Of a stretch of DNA of 64,000 nt, positions 14,205 through 29,877 are shown one piece after another. Both the position numbers and the translations under genes were made by a program. Source of the DNA: the human T2T-CHM13v2.0 reference genome, Homo sapiens; assembly GCF_009914755.1 (NCBI RefSeq), contig NC_060925.1. One strand, given 5' to 3'. The notes beneath the pieces are model-generated. The model was not told where the DNA came from, made no database searches, and saw only the letters and a program-made list of their open reading frames with translations. Within the stretch, counting starts at the first letter, position 1. Each line of letters opens with the position of its first letter.

Positions 14205-14465
14205 TAGTGGTCAGCAACTGTCTTCCATAAATGGCTAGATGATAAATTTTTTAGACTTTGTAGGCCAAATTTAAGGGTGTTGTATAGATATTTATATAAT
14301 GAGAGAAATGAATATCCAACACATTTATTGACAATTTTCAGATCTTATTACTTGACACTGACAATTTCATACATTTTTATGTGTCATGAAATATTGTTCT
14401 TTTGATTTTGTTTGAACATTAAAAAATGTAAATGGACCATGGGAACACTAGTAGTCCAACCCTTA
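14205..14465. mobile_element. MER58-like hAT-Charlie relic
   Basis: gtggtcagcaact..ataaatggctagatgataaattttttagactttgtaggcc resembles the MER58 end. Confidence 0.55.
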
Positions 14466-16993
14466 TTTAGAAGGGACTGTTGTGGGTATCTGGTAGATCA
14501 GATTTGAATTCCATTTGTAAAACATTTGAGTATTTACTTTATAATAATATTAAATATAAATTAACATCACAGTTTTCTGAGGAAACTGAAGTTCATTTGT
14601 AAAGAAACTTCTTAAAGTTTTGCCAAGTCAGTAAATGGCAGAACTAGAATTCAAAACCTTATCTATTTTTCAGTGCCTGGGTTCTTTCATGTGTTCATTG
14701 TTACATCTTCTGTGCCAGGCATGGAGATAGGCACAGTGCATACTGGCATGAATTAGATGAGTTCCTGCTTCTACATAGTCCTTAGTCATGATGCTGCACA
14801 GATTTGGGAAATGTAATTTTCTAAAACCTGCCTGTCATTATAAATCAGATTCATCTACACTTACTCTCATTTTCTGATAAAAAGTATTTGCTTGTTTTTG
14901 TGACTTATCAATCCTGTCTTGTATTTTTCTTTTTTTCTTGAATAGTACAGGAACTTTTTTATCTGGTAACATTCAGCTTCTTAAGGATGAAATTAAAACT
15001 ATTTGAGGTTGTAAGGGGAATAAACATTTAAAGTACCAAGGAAGGGGCTATTAGAGTAGTGCACCAGGGCATGGCAACAATGGCTCTCAAGCAGGATTCC
15101 TATGAGCCTTTTTTCCTGCAACTCCTTGTAATTTGTCAGAATCTGTGTATCCAGAAGTTGGAACTGCTCTGTTTCCTCTGCATTGTTGGTACCTGTAGGG
15201 AACAAGTATGAAAGACTACAATGGGCTGTAGTGTGTAGGGGCAGAGCTTATACCATTGGTTCTGCTACCGTGCTGTTCCTTAGTTCCCTTGATGTTCAGC
15301 TTGCAGTTAAATACAAGAAAGGATATAATTTTAACTCTGCAGAAAAGTAGTATTACTTCTTTTTTAAGGTAACATTTTGTAACTTTACAATGTTAAAATA
15401 AACTCCCTGCTTTCCCCTTTCCCCAAATGTTGTGTTGACAAGATTGGAAAATAGTTTGTGTTCTTTAATAAAAACCTTATCATTTCATTAAAAATTGAAC
15501 AAACCTCAATAGCAAACACAAAAATGGTAACACTGAAACCAACCACGAAATCAAAGTCATTACATTGTCATTTAAGGAATGACTTTATAACCTTCATACG
15601 AATTTTGGGAATTGGTTTCTGTCCAACTCATAGTATCACAGTTAATAGACTACTTCTGTAAGTCAGCTCTTTGCTTCAGGAAGAGCTTTTACAACTGGAT
15701 GGACTTTCTGTAGTTTCTGGAAGTGGTAGAGTTGTCTCCAACTTGTATTGTTAGTTTCTTTTGGTTATTCCAGCATTGTCTAAAGGAGGAATTCAAATGT
15801 GTTAAGGACACAGATACATAATGAATGAAGCAATAAATTAGTGCTATTTTCTGTTTGGTGGTGTTTTTTTTAAATTATTTTCAGTTTGCATCTATTGTGT
15901 TTTGAGGTAGAGTTCACAGAGTGGGTTCCTTGCTGCATTTTGTTTTATTTATTCTTCTATTTTGCAATTTTTAATTGGTCCAAGAGCATTCATTGAGAAA
16001 AGTAATAGCACAATAGTCACAGCATTCACTAGAGTATTTTTGTTTCTTTTGTGTGTATCATATTACCCACTTGATTAGTTGTTCCCACAAGCTCTGTATA
16101 TCTTTTGGAAATCTATCTTTATATCTGTGAGATAAAAATAATCTTCAGTTATTAAAAAAGAGTCATCTGTGTTAGTAGTGACAATGTATATTTTAGAAAT
16201 TTCATGTATGTAGCATCATTGAGAATCAAATATGAAACATTGTTTAAAGGAAAAAGAGTAGAAATTAAAAAAAAACTTTGATTGTATAAGTTATTTTTTG
16301 AGATGAGAAATTATTTCAATATGTTTTTTTTTTCTCTAGAAACCTGTTGGAAAATGCCTTGTTACTCCAGCAGAAAAGCATGTCTATTATTACCAATAGA
16401 ATTAGTGTGTTCAGAAAAAGAAAAGGCTTAATTTACAGCCTTTTGAAGTTTTAGGGAAAATTCCTTTTTTAAAGCATGCAGGAGGAAAGACATGACATCA
16501 CAGCCTTAAGTGGGTAAAAGGTTACATGGCTGATACTTTTTAAGTGATTGAATTATTAGCATGGGTAATAATTTGTGGAAGGTCAAGAGGTGCCACTAGT
16601 TTCAGTGTGTTAATCTTCCCCACTTAAAGTGAGAAATAAATACCTCATAAGAATATATATGGGGATATAGTGTCTTTCCTTTCTAAGACACTTGCTTGAG
16701 TCAGCAGTGGTTGCGTGTGGTCACCTTTGGATTAGTCTTCGGATTCAGAGAAATGAGTGGGTGGTTTCAGTGCAGTTTCAATGTTGTTAACCCAAATAAG
16801 TTCTAGAGTTGGTATTAATTGGCCCCCTTATAGAAACCTTTGAGGAGGAAGCTGTTGTTACACAGGTAACTTTATACCTTTAGAGTTTATTGTTGCCTAG
16901 TAAAAATTAATATGGAAATATAATAAAAATTGGTAGGGAACTCTTTCATTCATCTACATTGTGGTCACTCATGTGATTCAATTTAAATGTATC

Positions 16994-17351
<358 letters not shown>

Positions 17352-18429
17352 TAAAAAAATTGCTTATATTTAAATACAACAACGTATTAACTAAAAAGAC
17401 TTAAAATCCAAATTTTTACTCTGTTTGATCTGGGAAACCTGCCTGGGAAATACTTAAAATGAAGTCTCCACCCTAATGAGTTTTAGCATCAGTGACAAAA
17501 AAGGAGTGGAAACCTTTACCTAGCAATGTTGGAGTGACTCACTGGATATGGGAACAAATAGCTCATTTCTGCATTTTTGCTTCTTATTTAATTATTTTTA
17601 AGAATAAATACATACTCAGGCTGGATGGAGGTGGGAGTGAATTAATGAAATTTCTAATAACAAAAGGATAGTAAAAATTATAAGAGATTACATTAAATAA
17701 CATAGAGTTGGAAATAAATTATACCTGCGGAGATGATGAAATTGTCGTTTACTTATTCTGTAATTGTTTGCTAGTTTCTTTGTTGACAGTGAATACATTA
17801 TACAGAGTTACTTAATAATTTTAATTTGCTAGGACAATGCGAATGACTTCAGATATTAAATTTTTGTTAGAAACTTATTGATGTTAAACTGGTTTTAACT
17901 AGTTATAAAAAAAATAATAATTGTAAAGAGTATTTCCTGTTTCCCTGTGAGGGTGGGAGGGGGACGGAGACTCTGGAATGATTTTGAACTCTAGCAGGTC
18001 GTCAGTCATTTAAGAGCATATTTTCATAGTTGAGTCCCACTGATTAGGGGACTCTGATGAAAATGTCATCTTTGTCCTGTTTGTATTCTTTATCTCTTGA
18101 TATCTGGATTTTTGAAAAAACATTTTCTGATGATGTTCATGTCTTAAATTTATAAACTCAAAACTTTAATATATATATAAAAGTTAAAACTGTGGTCTTT
18201 TTGTTTCTTTTCCTCTTAAAACAACTTTTATGTTCTTGAGTATGTTTAACATCTTCTGGTACATAAGAATTATAGTAATAAATAAAGCATAAAGTAAAAT
18301 AAAGTAAAAATAAAATGCCTACTGTGTCCCTGAATAACTAATATTCAGTTTTTGTTGAAAAGCTCAGAGTCCAGTAAGGAGGTAATATAAGTACAAAGAC
18401 CCTTAGAATGTGTTACCTGCTCTGATAGA

Positions 18430-18700
18430 GGAGCTCATAATTGTTCATTCATTCATATATCCATTTATTTAACATCTTTATTTTGTCACTCCATAAAGAA
18501 CACCGTAAATTGGTCCTTTCCTACGTTTTGGCATTATAGTAGTGAACCAGATAAATGACACTTGTCCTGAAGGAGGTCTCATCCCCCATGTTTGTTACTC
18601 AGGAACAGGGATTATTGTATTTTTGTTCCTAGTATCCCAAGTGTCTAGAAGAGTGCTAGGCACATAGTAGTTACTCAGTAGATGTTAATTGGAGGAAACA
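18430..18700. mobile_element. L2 relics
   Basis: ttcattcattcat and agagtgctaggcacatagtagttactcagtagatgtt L2 3' motifs. Confidence 0.5.
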
Positions 18701-19544
18701 AAACAAATGACCCAAACCTAAGCTCAGGTTCTCCTTTCCCTGTTTTCAAGACCTGGTGTCTTGAACTGGGTTTTGAAGAGTAATTGTTGCCTAACAGAAA
18801 AATGAGTGGAACATCCTGTGCGGAGGAGATAGTTTAAACAGAGGCACTGAATAATTGGGTAATATTGAAGCTCAGTGTGAAAGTCACTTTTTTTTTTTAA
18901 GTAAATCGGAATTAAAGTATTCTGCCTTTGTGAACTTAGAAGTTGTAACTATATACTGAGACTAATAGCATCTCTTTGTGGCATATATTATTTTTAATAG
19001 ATGTGCTTATCAGGAATTTTTTTAAGTTAAGTATTAAACATAATATTTTATAACTGAAATATGTTTTCATGGTACTTGTGAATTATTAATTAGTGGTAGA
19101 TAATTTAGAAGTTTTTAGGTAGGAGAAATTAATTTCTTTCTAGTAAGGAATTTAACCCCACAGTGTTTTTGACTCATAATGTGTACTTTCTTTTTAAAAT
19201 GTCAAAAGGCTTTTCAGAAGTAGTAGTATTTGAAACTATCAGCTAATGGTTTTCTAAAAGTATATTTTTACCTTAGAGCATCTAGAGTGTCCAGAATTTT
19301 GTGACTCTTAGCAAGTCCCCAAGTTGAAAATTTTTACCTTGTAGCTTGCATAATTGGATTTAAATATGTATTTTCATTATGCATGTATTTGTTAGAAAAT
19401 ATTGGTGTATTTCTTAGTGTAACACTATTTTGTATTTAAGTTGATTTTACTTAAGATTTCAAATAAACTGTTAACATTCTTCTTAGAAAAAATTTTTTTG
19501 AAGTACTTCATTATTTAAAATATTTCCAAAATAATCAACAGCTT

Positions 19545-19730
19545 ATTTAGCTGGGCATGGTGGCATGAGCCTGCAGTCCTAACTACTCTGGGGTGAGGAA
19601 GAGGCTGATTTCGAGCCCATATGCTTGAGCCTAGAAGCTTGGGGCTGCAGTGAACTATGATTGTACCACTGCACTCCAGCTGGACAACAGAGTGAGACTC
19701 TCTCCCTAAAGCAGACAAACAAAAAAACAG
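19545..19730 (+). mobile_element. Alu right arm only (FRAM/AluJ)
   Basis: ttagctgggcatggtggc…gcactccagc…gagtgagactct followed by an A-rich tail. Confidence 0.88.
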
Positions 19731-21589
19731 CTTCTAAACCAAAATGACACATAAAACTAAGGCATATCACTTATTTGGACTGAGTTGATGATTGTGTAGT
19801 TATATGATCTTAAATTGTTGGAACACTTTCTTTTGCAACAGTTTCATATTTCTGTAAGCATTTGTTGGGTATTTCATGCTCACCCCACTTATATACAAAT
19901 TACAACATTTTCTAGGCCAGTGTGCTTATTCTGGAAAATGACATTGCATTCTTTTATTTTCTGAATTATTTGCATAAGAACAATTTCAAAGGTGACAGTA
20001 GTAGGTCTTTTTTACTTTCCACGTGTCGTAGTTTAGGTTTGTAACATAATACAGACAGGTGAAAGGAATTACGTATAAGTAAGCACAAAAAAGTAGATGT
20101 TTTAGGGTTTGATTGATAAAGGCATTTCTAAAGTGGATCTAATTAAGTAATTAAAACAAAAGGATCTTCTACAAATTTACACGAAATAGGTTTTTAACAT
20201 TCTGCCTTGTGGTATAAAAAAGCCTTATTACGCATCCTTGATTTTAAAAATTGTGCTTAGTTGGCTCCATGAATATGCAGAGATGAGTGAAAAAGTTGGA
20301 CTATCAGTGACAACTTATCTTTTAGGTTTACTTTTAACACTGTTTTCATCTAAGTTAAGATGAAATTGAAATAAGCTTTCTGGATGCTTCTAAATTTCAC
20401 TTCAGCCTGGTTGAAATCATGTCCCCTCCTCCTTAAGTATTTTTCTCATTTCCATTTTAGGAAGAAATTTTGCTAACATATATAAACAGGAGTAATAAAG
20501 AGATTTCATATGCCAGCACTGGTAATAGACTATGGCTTGAGTTAATGTTTCAGCACGGCGTAGAGTCACAGCCTCACTCTCATAGAGGTCCCTGATAATC
20601 AAAAAGCATGGTGCTTCCTGGGACCCTCAAACAGCATGAGCAGTAGCAAACATGACAGTATTTAGTTCAAAGTAATTAAGAAAAACAGTACAAGAAAAGT
20701 TGAATTCTTTATAGTACAGCGTAGTAAGAACACTTTTATGGGAATGTGTGATTTTACAGAAATGTTTTAAGGAACAGAGTTAATGGAGACTTTGTTAGAA
20801 AAGCAAATGTTCCTCAACAAGCACTTAAAGTTTATCACAACAAAATGTACTGTTTGTTGTCAGAGCAGCATATTTTCTTGCAGAAATGCTTATAAGTGAT
20901 GCCAAATTTAATGATAGAATTTCAATTCTGGTCTTACAAATTCCCATCCGGTAACAGTGCATCTGTTTATTAGGAATTACCCCTGAATGTGAATGATTTC
21001 AGTCTTAAGTTGCTGCACCTGTTGCCGGGAGGTATTTATTCCGATCAGTAGCCTAAAGCAGAGAGAGTTATATCTTGACATTTTATAGCTTGGGGGGAAA
21101 AACTGTCTTTTCAAAATCATTTGTTCAGAGAGGAGAAAATGGAGCAAAACAGTTCATTTTACTCTAAGCACCGCTATTTGGTGGTATTCACATTTGCACA
21201 GCACAAAGCTGCAATATTGATTTTTTGCTCACAGAGCCTCCCACCAGTTCTCTCTTCAATTGTCAGGGTTGCAAGATGGATTAGATTACATTTTGCTGGT
21301 TGGGATGCTTATTTTTTTGTTGTTGTTGAAATAGAAATAGACTGAAAATACGGCTTGGAATGAATATCACAGTAATAGTGTGGTTAAAAGGCTTTAATTT
21401 GAGGATTTCTTTATGTTGATTATGTTCACCAAGCCATTTCCCTGACCATCAGACACAGTTTCCTTTCCTGTTCCTTTTCTTCCCCAAGACTAGTAGCAGC
21501 CAGCATACCATAACGATGTTCTTTACAACTCTGTCCCCAAACCTGCTGCTGATGGCCATCATCGTTTGGAGAGGCATTAAAGTAACATT

Positions 21590-21780
21590 TAAGAACATGA
21601 ACCCAGGAGCTGAATTACTGGGTTTGAAATCTTAATTTCATTTTTATTGGATATAACTGTAGAAAACTTAATCTTTCTCTGCCTCAACTTCCTCCTCTGT
21701 AAAATGTTGATAATAATGTTACCTATCTTGTATGGTTGTTTTGAGGATTCATAATCAGGAAATATTTATACAGTCCTTAG
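21590..21780 (+). mobile_element. MIR
   Basis: tctctgcctcaacttcctcctctgtaaaatg MIR core. Confidence 0.65.
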
Positions 21781-21782
21781 AG

Positions 21783-22930
21783 GGACTTCTGAGGGTGGCA
21801 AATTCCCTCTAAAACAAGTGTAAAATTAGAATTGTCAACAACAACCATTTTGGGAGCTGGAAAGTAACCAAACAACAAACGGGGAAACATTATTTATGAA
21901 AATCTACTAGAACTTCTAGCAGATGTTTAAAGCCTTCTAGCATCGGGCTGCTCCTTATCCCCCGCAATCCCTCCATCTCTTACTCCTTAACTATGTCATT
22001 GTGGAAGTTTCATCAGGGCAAGATTGGCCTTCAAAACCAGTGGCTTTACTGCCATGAAGAGCTGACATGATTTGGAGTAGAGAGTGGAAACTCATGCCCA
22101 GCAGTGTTGTCAATGAAAGTAAACACTGTAGGGAAAAAAAAAATGGGGAAAACCTGTAGCTCTGCTATCCTTTGGTTGTAGTTCCAGTTGGGATGACTGG
22201 AAACCATTCTGAAACTTAACAGGGAAATCTTGGAAATGAAGAAACCATAAACTTTCTGTGCATTCTTAACTAACTGGGAAGCTAAACACATGTACAGAGG
22301 AGACATGAGAGGACTTGGCAGCAAGTAAATAACTGAGTCTGACTTGTAAACTACTTGAACTTTTAATACTCTTTCTAACATACAATCACATCAGCAAAGA
22401 GTGGAGACTTAATAATGGGCCTATGGTTTTTGTGCAAAGTCTCTGCCCAGTCATTGGCTGACCACTAAGCCATGCAGACAGAGGTGATATCTAGGAGCCG
22501 AGGCTAAAAAATAAAAATAAGAATTCAAGCGAATTAAAATAAAACAGTGAGCAAAGGTATAAGCAGCCACACACTGTGGGGGCAGAGATTCTGCATATTA
22601 AATACAGCTGAGGTATTAAAAAGAAACCACGACAGCAGCAGCAATTCTCAGGGGAAAGAAATCTGAAACCGGAGTTGCTAATGGTGTATTATTTAAAATG
22701 TATAGTTTTCAACAACAAAACATTTATAAGATACATAAAGAAACAGAAAAGTTGATCCATAAAATAGAAATTGCCTCTGATGTGGACCCAGTGTTAGATT
22801 TAGCATATAAGGATTTTAAACCAGCTATTACAAATACGTTCAAAAATCAAAGTAAAACTATCTTGGAGAATTAAGAGGAAATATGATGACAATGACAACA
22901 AATACGTAGTCAGAGAAAAAAAAACTATTT
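21783..22930 (+). mobile_element. Old L1M 5'UTR/ORF1-region fragment
   Basis: A-rich purine-biased strand; ggattttaaaccagctattacaaatacgttcaaa resembles old L1 ORF1 sequence. Confidence 0.55.
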
Positions 22931-23029
22931 TTCAAAGGCCTTAGAGACATTCTTTGCACATCTTAGTTATTATACCAGTGTGCTATAAGTAAATTAATAT
23001 TTTGTTGTACAAATTACAGATAGTGTAGC

Positions 23030-23138
23030 TTCATCTGACCCAGAGATTGTGATTCAGTAGGTCTGGGATAGAGCTTCAAGATTTGTCTTTATAAAAAGTT
23101 TACTAGGTGATTCTGATGTAACCATATTTGGGAATCAA
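23030..23138. mobile_element. MER5A fragment
   Basis: cccagagattgtgattcagtaggtctggga…ggtgattctgatg. Confidence 0.7.
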
Positions 23139-23504
23139 TTATGTAGACTTGGCAAAGGATTAAAACATATATATATATATATTTTTTTTTGATGATTTCT
23201 TCCCGTGAGTCAGTATTCTAGATCATTAATGTGATACAAATAAAGGAATAAATAAATGTTTTCAGGAATGGGTTTTTATGTCTTTTATAAGATTTATTTA
23301 GTGAAAATGTTGGGTTTTAAAAGTTGATACTAATTGCAATAATTTTATTAAAGGCTTTTCAAAGTTCCTTTAAAGTAGCATTGTTGGTGGAAGAGGTTGA
23401 GCTATATCCCTTGAAGTTTTCAGGAAAATAGTGTAAAATGGTCAAAGAAGGCACAACAATTTATATTTTTCTTAAAAATGTGTGTAAACTTTTTATTTTC
23501 CATC

Positions 23505-24345
<841 letters not shown>

Positions 24346-25029
24346 GAGAACTTTTCCATAATTGATTCATGTTTATTTTCTCTTTTCCACTAAGTCATTG
24401 ATTAAAATAGTTAACCTAGGAAGATGTTTTCCTGTGATTTGTGTGAACTCTGCTTAGTTTGTCACATGGACTTTTGAAAATTATTTTGACAGTACCTCAC
24501 AATCTATATGGATGTGCACAGCACATCCATGTTAACAATGTTGTTATATTTATATTTTAAGAAAACAGAGCAAGTTGTTTATTAATTATCGATCACTTGA
24601 AATGTTGGAATAGCATGTGTACTTGATTAAAAGGAGCTTGCCTGTTTAGACTTACAGATTGAGGAAATTTTATAAGACTTTGAAATGGCTTTAATTCTTC
24701 AGAAAAGGTTTTAATTAAAACCTAGAGAAGTAAAATGACTTTGCCCAAAGTCACAAGACTGACCCATATACTCATACTTCAGTGTTCAGTGCTCTTTCCA
24801 TGTGTACCTACAGTATAGCATTTGCTGTCTTTATATTTATGGTACACATGTTTACATTTCTACAAATATGATTTTCACTACTATTCATGTAGTTTTGTGA
24901 ACCTTTACAATAATTATTTCTTGTCAGTTTTACTAATATATTCTTTGGTGATTTTCAGATTGTATGAAGACTTATAAAATAAATCTTGTTATTTTATCAG
25001 CAAAATGGCTTGAGTAGTCAGAGTTGATC

Positions 25030-25262
25030 AGAGAAGGGTTCTGGAGTCTAAGCTCCCTGCATGGGTTAGAATCTAACGTGTGGTAAGATTGAGACCCTAA
25101 ATTTACTACTATTTGATGCCTTAGTTTCATACTCTGTAAAATTGGTACTATAACAGCAACTATTCCATTGTTTATTTTTTATGTTGTTGAACATAAAACA
25201 AAGTGATCCATATAAAGCATTTAAGCCAGTGCCAGCACATAGTAATTGCTTTGCAAGTAATA
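25030..25262 (+). mobile_element. MIR relic
   Basis: gccttagtttcatactctgtaaaattgg…aaagcatttaagccagtgccagcacatagtaa. Confidence 0.6.
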
Positions 25263-25295
25263 CTTATTTCTCTCTTCATATTTGTTTTTTAAAGA

Positions 25296-25403
25296 ATATA
25301 TATATATTCATTATATATATATATACATTATATATACACATTATATATATACACATTATATATACACATTATATATATACACATTATATATATATACACA
25401 TTT

Positions 25404-25446
<43 letters not shown>
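25296..25446. repeat. Compound microsatellite: [(TA)n CACAT] units followed by (CA)~15
   Basis: Seen directly. Confidence 0.95.
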
Positions 25447-25991
25447 TTGGTTGGAAATACAGACTTTAGATAAGAGAAATGTATAAATATGTAACCCATC
25501 TGTCTTATGACAATTCCAGTGATACATATATAATAATAAATTGACAATTTAAATATTTTTTTGGTGGGGGAGATGGCATATAATTTTCATTGATAAGTAG
25601 TTTGCCTTGTTTTTAATGTTCACCATTTGTTTTCACTACCAAAGGAAATAGACATTACAAAGGAAAGCACATTGCAATTTATGTTGTGTTAATCACTAGT
25701 TTAATTCAACAATTTGGTTCCACATTTATAAGAATTATGTATCATGTGCTATTGTAGGCATTGAGATTATAACTAAGAGCCTTACTACAGTCTAGCAGGG
25801 TAGATATATATATATACTAAAAGTGAATATGCACTGTATCACATGTTAATAAGCACATTAGTAAAGATTAATATATCTGCATATATAAAGTTTAATCAAA
25901 ACAGGTAAGAGAAAGAATTTAGAAAAGAACATTAATGATTTAAATCAAAATACATTGTAGGATTAAATAAAGTGGTATTTGCTATTAAGAA

Positions 25992-26600
25992 CTCTTAGTG
26001 CAATTTCTGTTGCTCTAGGAAAATACTCAGACTGGGTAATTTATAAAGAAAAGAGTTTTATTTAGCTTATGGTTCTGGGGTTCTGGGGTCGAAGGTGGGC
26101 AGCCACATCTGGTGAGGGCCTCATGCTGCTTCCTAGAATGGTTGAAAAGTGGAAGGACAAGGGAATGCAAAAAACTAATTAATTCCTTTGAGAACTAACC
26201 CAGTCTTAAAACAAAAACTTTGGGGCTGGGCACAGTGGCTCATGCCTGTAACCACAGCACTTTGGGAAGCGGAGGTGGGCGGATCACGAGGTCAAGGGTT
26301 CGAGACCAGCCTGGCCAACATGGTGAAACCTTGTCTCTACTAAGAATACAAAATTAGTCTGGTGTGATGGCACATGCCTGTAATCCTAGCTACTCAGGAG
26401 GCTGAGGCAGGAGAATTGCTTGAACCGGCAAGGCAGAGGTTGCAGTGAGCCAAGACTCTGTCTCGGGGTGGGGGCAGGGGGAAAGAAAGAGTTATAAAGA
26501 CCCAGTCACCTGTTAAAGGCACGACCTCCCAGTATGGCCACACTGAGGACTAAGCCTCTACTTGAGTTTGATGGGAACAAGCCATATTCGAACGATAGCA
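25992..26600. mobile_element. MaLR LTR (MST-like), interrupted by an Alu
   Basis: agactgggtaatttataaagaaaagag..ttatttagctta..ggttctgg; ends tattcgaacgatagca. Confidence 0.8.
26224..26490 (+). mobile_element. AluS (Sg-like) with a 3' internal deletion
   Basis: Alu dimer lacking the gatcgcgccactgcactccagcctggg segment; G-rich degraded tail. Confidence 0.93.
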
Positions 26601-26658
26601 AGTACCATGATCTCTTTTCTCCAGTAGATTCTGTATTGGCAATCTACTAAATTATTAA

Positions 26659-26992
<334 letters not shown>

Positions 26993-27539
26993 CTTACTGT
27001 ACTTTTCTGGATGACTGTGACCAAAGCTTTAAGACTGCCATCCCTGAATTATCAAAACGGTAACACACTCAACTATGTCAATTCCCAAATAGGTTTCAAA
27101 AGCAGAGGAAAATTCACTTAGAATGATAACTCTAATCCTGCAAACTAACAACAACAACAGTTAAAGGGCTTGGGTTTTAAAAACCACAGTGCTTCATAAT
27201 CAGTTCTATGTTTTGACAAAATAGTAAGAATTGCGAGTGTGGCTCCAAGCCAGTCTTTTAATAATGTGTTCCAATATTCCTAGCATTTTCTAATAATAGA
27301 TTTATTCTGTTTTATTATAGAATTGTAATTGCAAATTGCCTCTGTATTTAAAATAGGTTGCATTTCAAAATTTTATTTGATGTCGTTTGTTTGAATTTTC
27401 ACATAGCTTTTGCCACAGAAATGTGTCAGCTTCTGAAGCCATAAAAATATTTTCTATTAAAATAAATATGGTACTACTAGTTTAAGCTGAATTATTTGTA
27501 TAGATATTTCAGTACAAGGTCAGGAGATGGAGAAAAAAG

Positions 27540-27543
<4 letters not shown>

Positions 27544-27583
<40 letters not shown>
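27544..27583. repeat. (GT)~20 microsatellite
   Basis: Seen directly. Confidence 0.95.
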
Positions 27584-27585
<2 letters not shown>

Positions 27586-28612
27586 ATATAAAAGTTTATG
27601 AACTTGTTGGGGAAGAAATATATTTTGGAAGTTTGGCCTGTGTACCATTTGTCCTGACATTTACCCAGCTCTGTTTCTGTATCCCTTCTGCATTAGTAGT
27701 GCACCTCTCCACATGCTACAGTACTCTCCATATACTATAAACCTTGTTAGTGAAAACCTACCAAGTTTGGGGTTTGCCACAATCTCCTGAAGATTTCTGA
27801 GTTCCAGGTTAGGTATTCTTTTCTTCCCTCTTCAGTCCAGTTACACCTTTAGTTTTCTCTGAAGAACTGAGAGTTCAGCCAGGTTTGAAAATTGCTGCTT
27901 TTTAAAATCATACCAGTATGTCACCCAGTACTGCTTTGGAAGAATATACTTACATCTCAGAAAAGATCATGTTCAGGTCTTTGAATTTGTTGAGTTGGAT
28001 GGGAGCAGTGCTAGCTCCTTTGAATGTCCATCTGCTGATTCCTTTCAGTGTCAGTTTTAAATAAAGGGTATTTAAATGGAAATAAGTTATTGTGCCATAA
28101 GCATCTTATTGTCATAAATATCTTAGTTATTGTGGGGAAAAAACTGCTAAGATGAAGGTATTTTTTAAGATAATGCAATAGCAATTAATATGTATACATT
28201 AAATAAGAAAGTAAGGCCAGTGGGTGTAGCAGAGCCTTCATTCCATTGCACAAATGAAAATTCTTTCTTGATTAGTAGTTATATTTTCTGTTTGTAAAAC
28301 TTGTCACCGTTTATAAAATCCATGATTAAATTTGTCATTATTATTTGGATTTACTAAAAAAGCCATTTAGTTTCTGATTATACAGAAAGTAATTTGTTAG
28401 GGTATTTTGTAAAGATGAAGAGTCCAAATAAAGATGAATAAAAAATAATTTTCTGACATATTGTAGAGAACCAAAAAATTATTTAATAAATGCCTGAATT
28501 TTATGACATCTCTTGACGATAGACATGAATCATATTACTTGAAAATGCTTTACTAAAATAATTTATCTTATAAATGAGTTACAGTTTAATTTTCTTTCTT
28601 TTTTATTTTAAG

Positions 28613-28826
28613 GTTTCAGCAGAGCAGCTTTACCATTTGGGCTGGTGAGGCGAGAATTATCCTGTGAAGGTTATTCTATAGATCTGCGATGCCCGGGCAG
28701 TGATGTCATCATGATTGAGAGCGCTAACTATGGTCGGACGGATGACAAGATTTGTGATGCTGACCCATTTCAGATGGAGAATACAGACTGCTACCTCCCC
28801 GATGCCTTCAAAATTATGACTCAAAG
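28613..28826 (+). CDS. ADGRL2: Latrophilin-2 coding exon (214 nt): end of signal-peptide region and first part of the RBL/SUEL lectin domain
   Basis: Polypyrimidine tract + AAG acceptor (28611-12) and AAG|GTAAAT donor. Translates (G)[70 protein letters not shown](R), which I recognise as latrophilin-2 (ENTDCY..KIMTQR differs from the paralogues). Phase 1 in, phase 2 out. Confidence 0.97.
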
Positions 28827-29489
28827 GTAAATATTCATGTGTTAATGTCCCATTTGAGCTATTGTATCCAAATTAGAAAAATTATTACAGTTATTCCAAA
28901 GCGAATGGATATAGACCACATCCCAGCCTATTTATTAAACTGAGTTGGGTTTTTACCTACTAATGTTGATATCTACACTTTATATTTTCATCAACATTCA
29001 AATATGTAAATCATTCTAATATAGCTTGACATGTATCAGAATATGTAATACGTATCTTTTTGTGTTATATAAACATGAAATAAAAAGCAAGAATAATTGA
29101 AATGTAATCTTAGTTTTTAAGGCTTCGAAAATTTGAAATACTTTTTGTAACATCAAGAATGTTGAAGTGCCTGGGTCTTTGGCAATAGTTGCTACTTAAC
29201 TTTTTTTTTTTAAATTAATAAACTTTGTTTTTTAGAGCAGTTTTAGGTTCTTATTAAAATCAAGTAGAAAGTACAGAGATTTCTCATATGATCCATATCC
29301 ACACACAGAGTGTTTCTCAACTGAAGATACTTTGCCCCACAGCAGTACATTTGTTAACAGTCCATGAACCCACATTGACACATAATTATCACCCAAAGTC
29401 CATAGTTTACAATAGGATTGGCTTTTGGCGTTGTACATTTTATGAGTTTTGACAAATGTATTCACCATTGTAGTATCATACAGAATACC

Positions 29490-29877
29490 TTCATGTGCCA
29501 CATAATGACTACTTTTTGGTTAGTGATGAACTGCGTGTACCATGGTGGTTCCATAGATGCTAATGGATCTGAACTGTTGCCTAGTGACCTCTTAGCCATC
29601 ATCAAGTCGTAGTGTGACGCATTATCTTTTCTATTTTAAATGTGTTTAGATGTACAGACACTTAACATTGTATTATAATTGCCTGTGGAATTCAGTACAA
29701 TAATATGCTATTCAGGTTGTCGCCTAGGAGCAATAGACTGTACCTTATAGTCTAAGTGTGTAGTAGGCTATACTATCTCAGTTTGTTTAAATACTCTCAT
29801 TGCTGTTCCTGTAATGATAAAATAGGCTGACAATGCATATCCCAGAAAGTATCCCTTTGTTAATGATGCATAACTAG
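29490..29877. mobile_element. Tigger3-family (Golem) non-autonomous element nested in L1
   Basis: Decayed TIRs tcatgtgccacataatgac … ttaatgatgcataact; internal gcctaggagcaatagactgtacc. Confidence 0.8.

Noticed and set aside
25181-25547. His/Tyr/Ile-rich ORFs
   Set aside because: Translations of the (TA)/(CA) microsatellite.
26464-26482. G-runs as G-quadruplexes (also about 17950 and 12125)
   Set aside because: Only three clear G3+ tracts; the 26464 run is a decayed Alu tail.
28645-28830. ORF-track starts and stops for the lectin ORFs (28645-28830, 58311-58604) as standalone genes
   Set aside because: They are internal exons; the true limits are set by splice sites.
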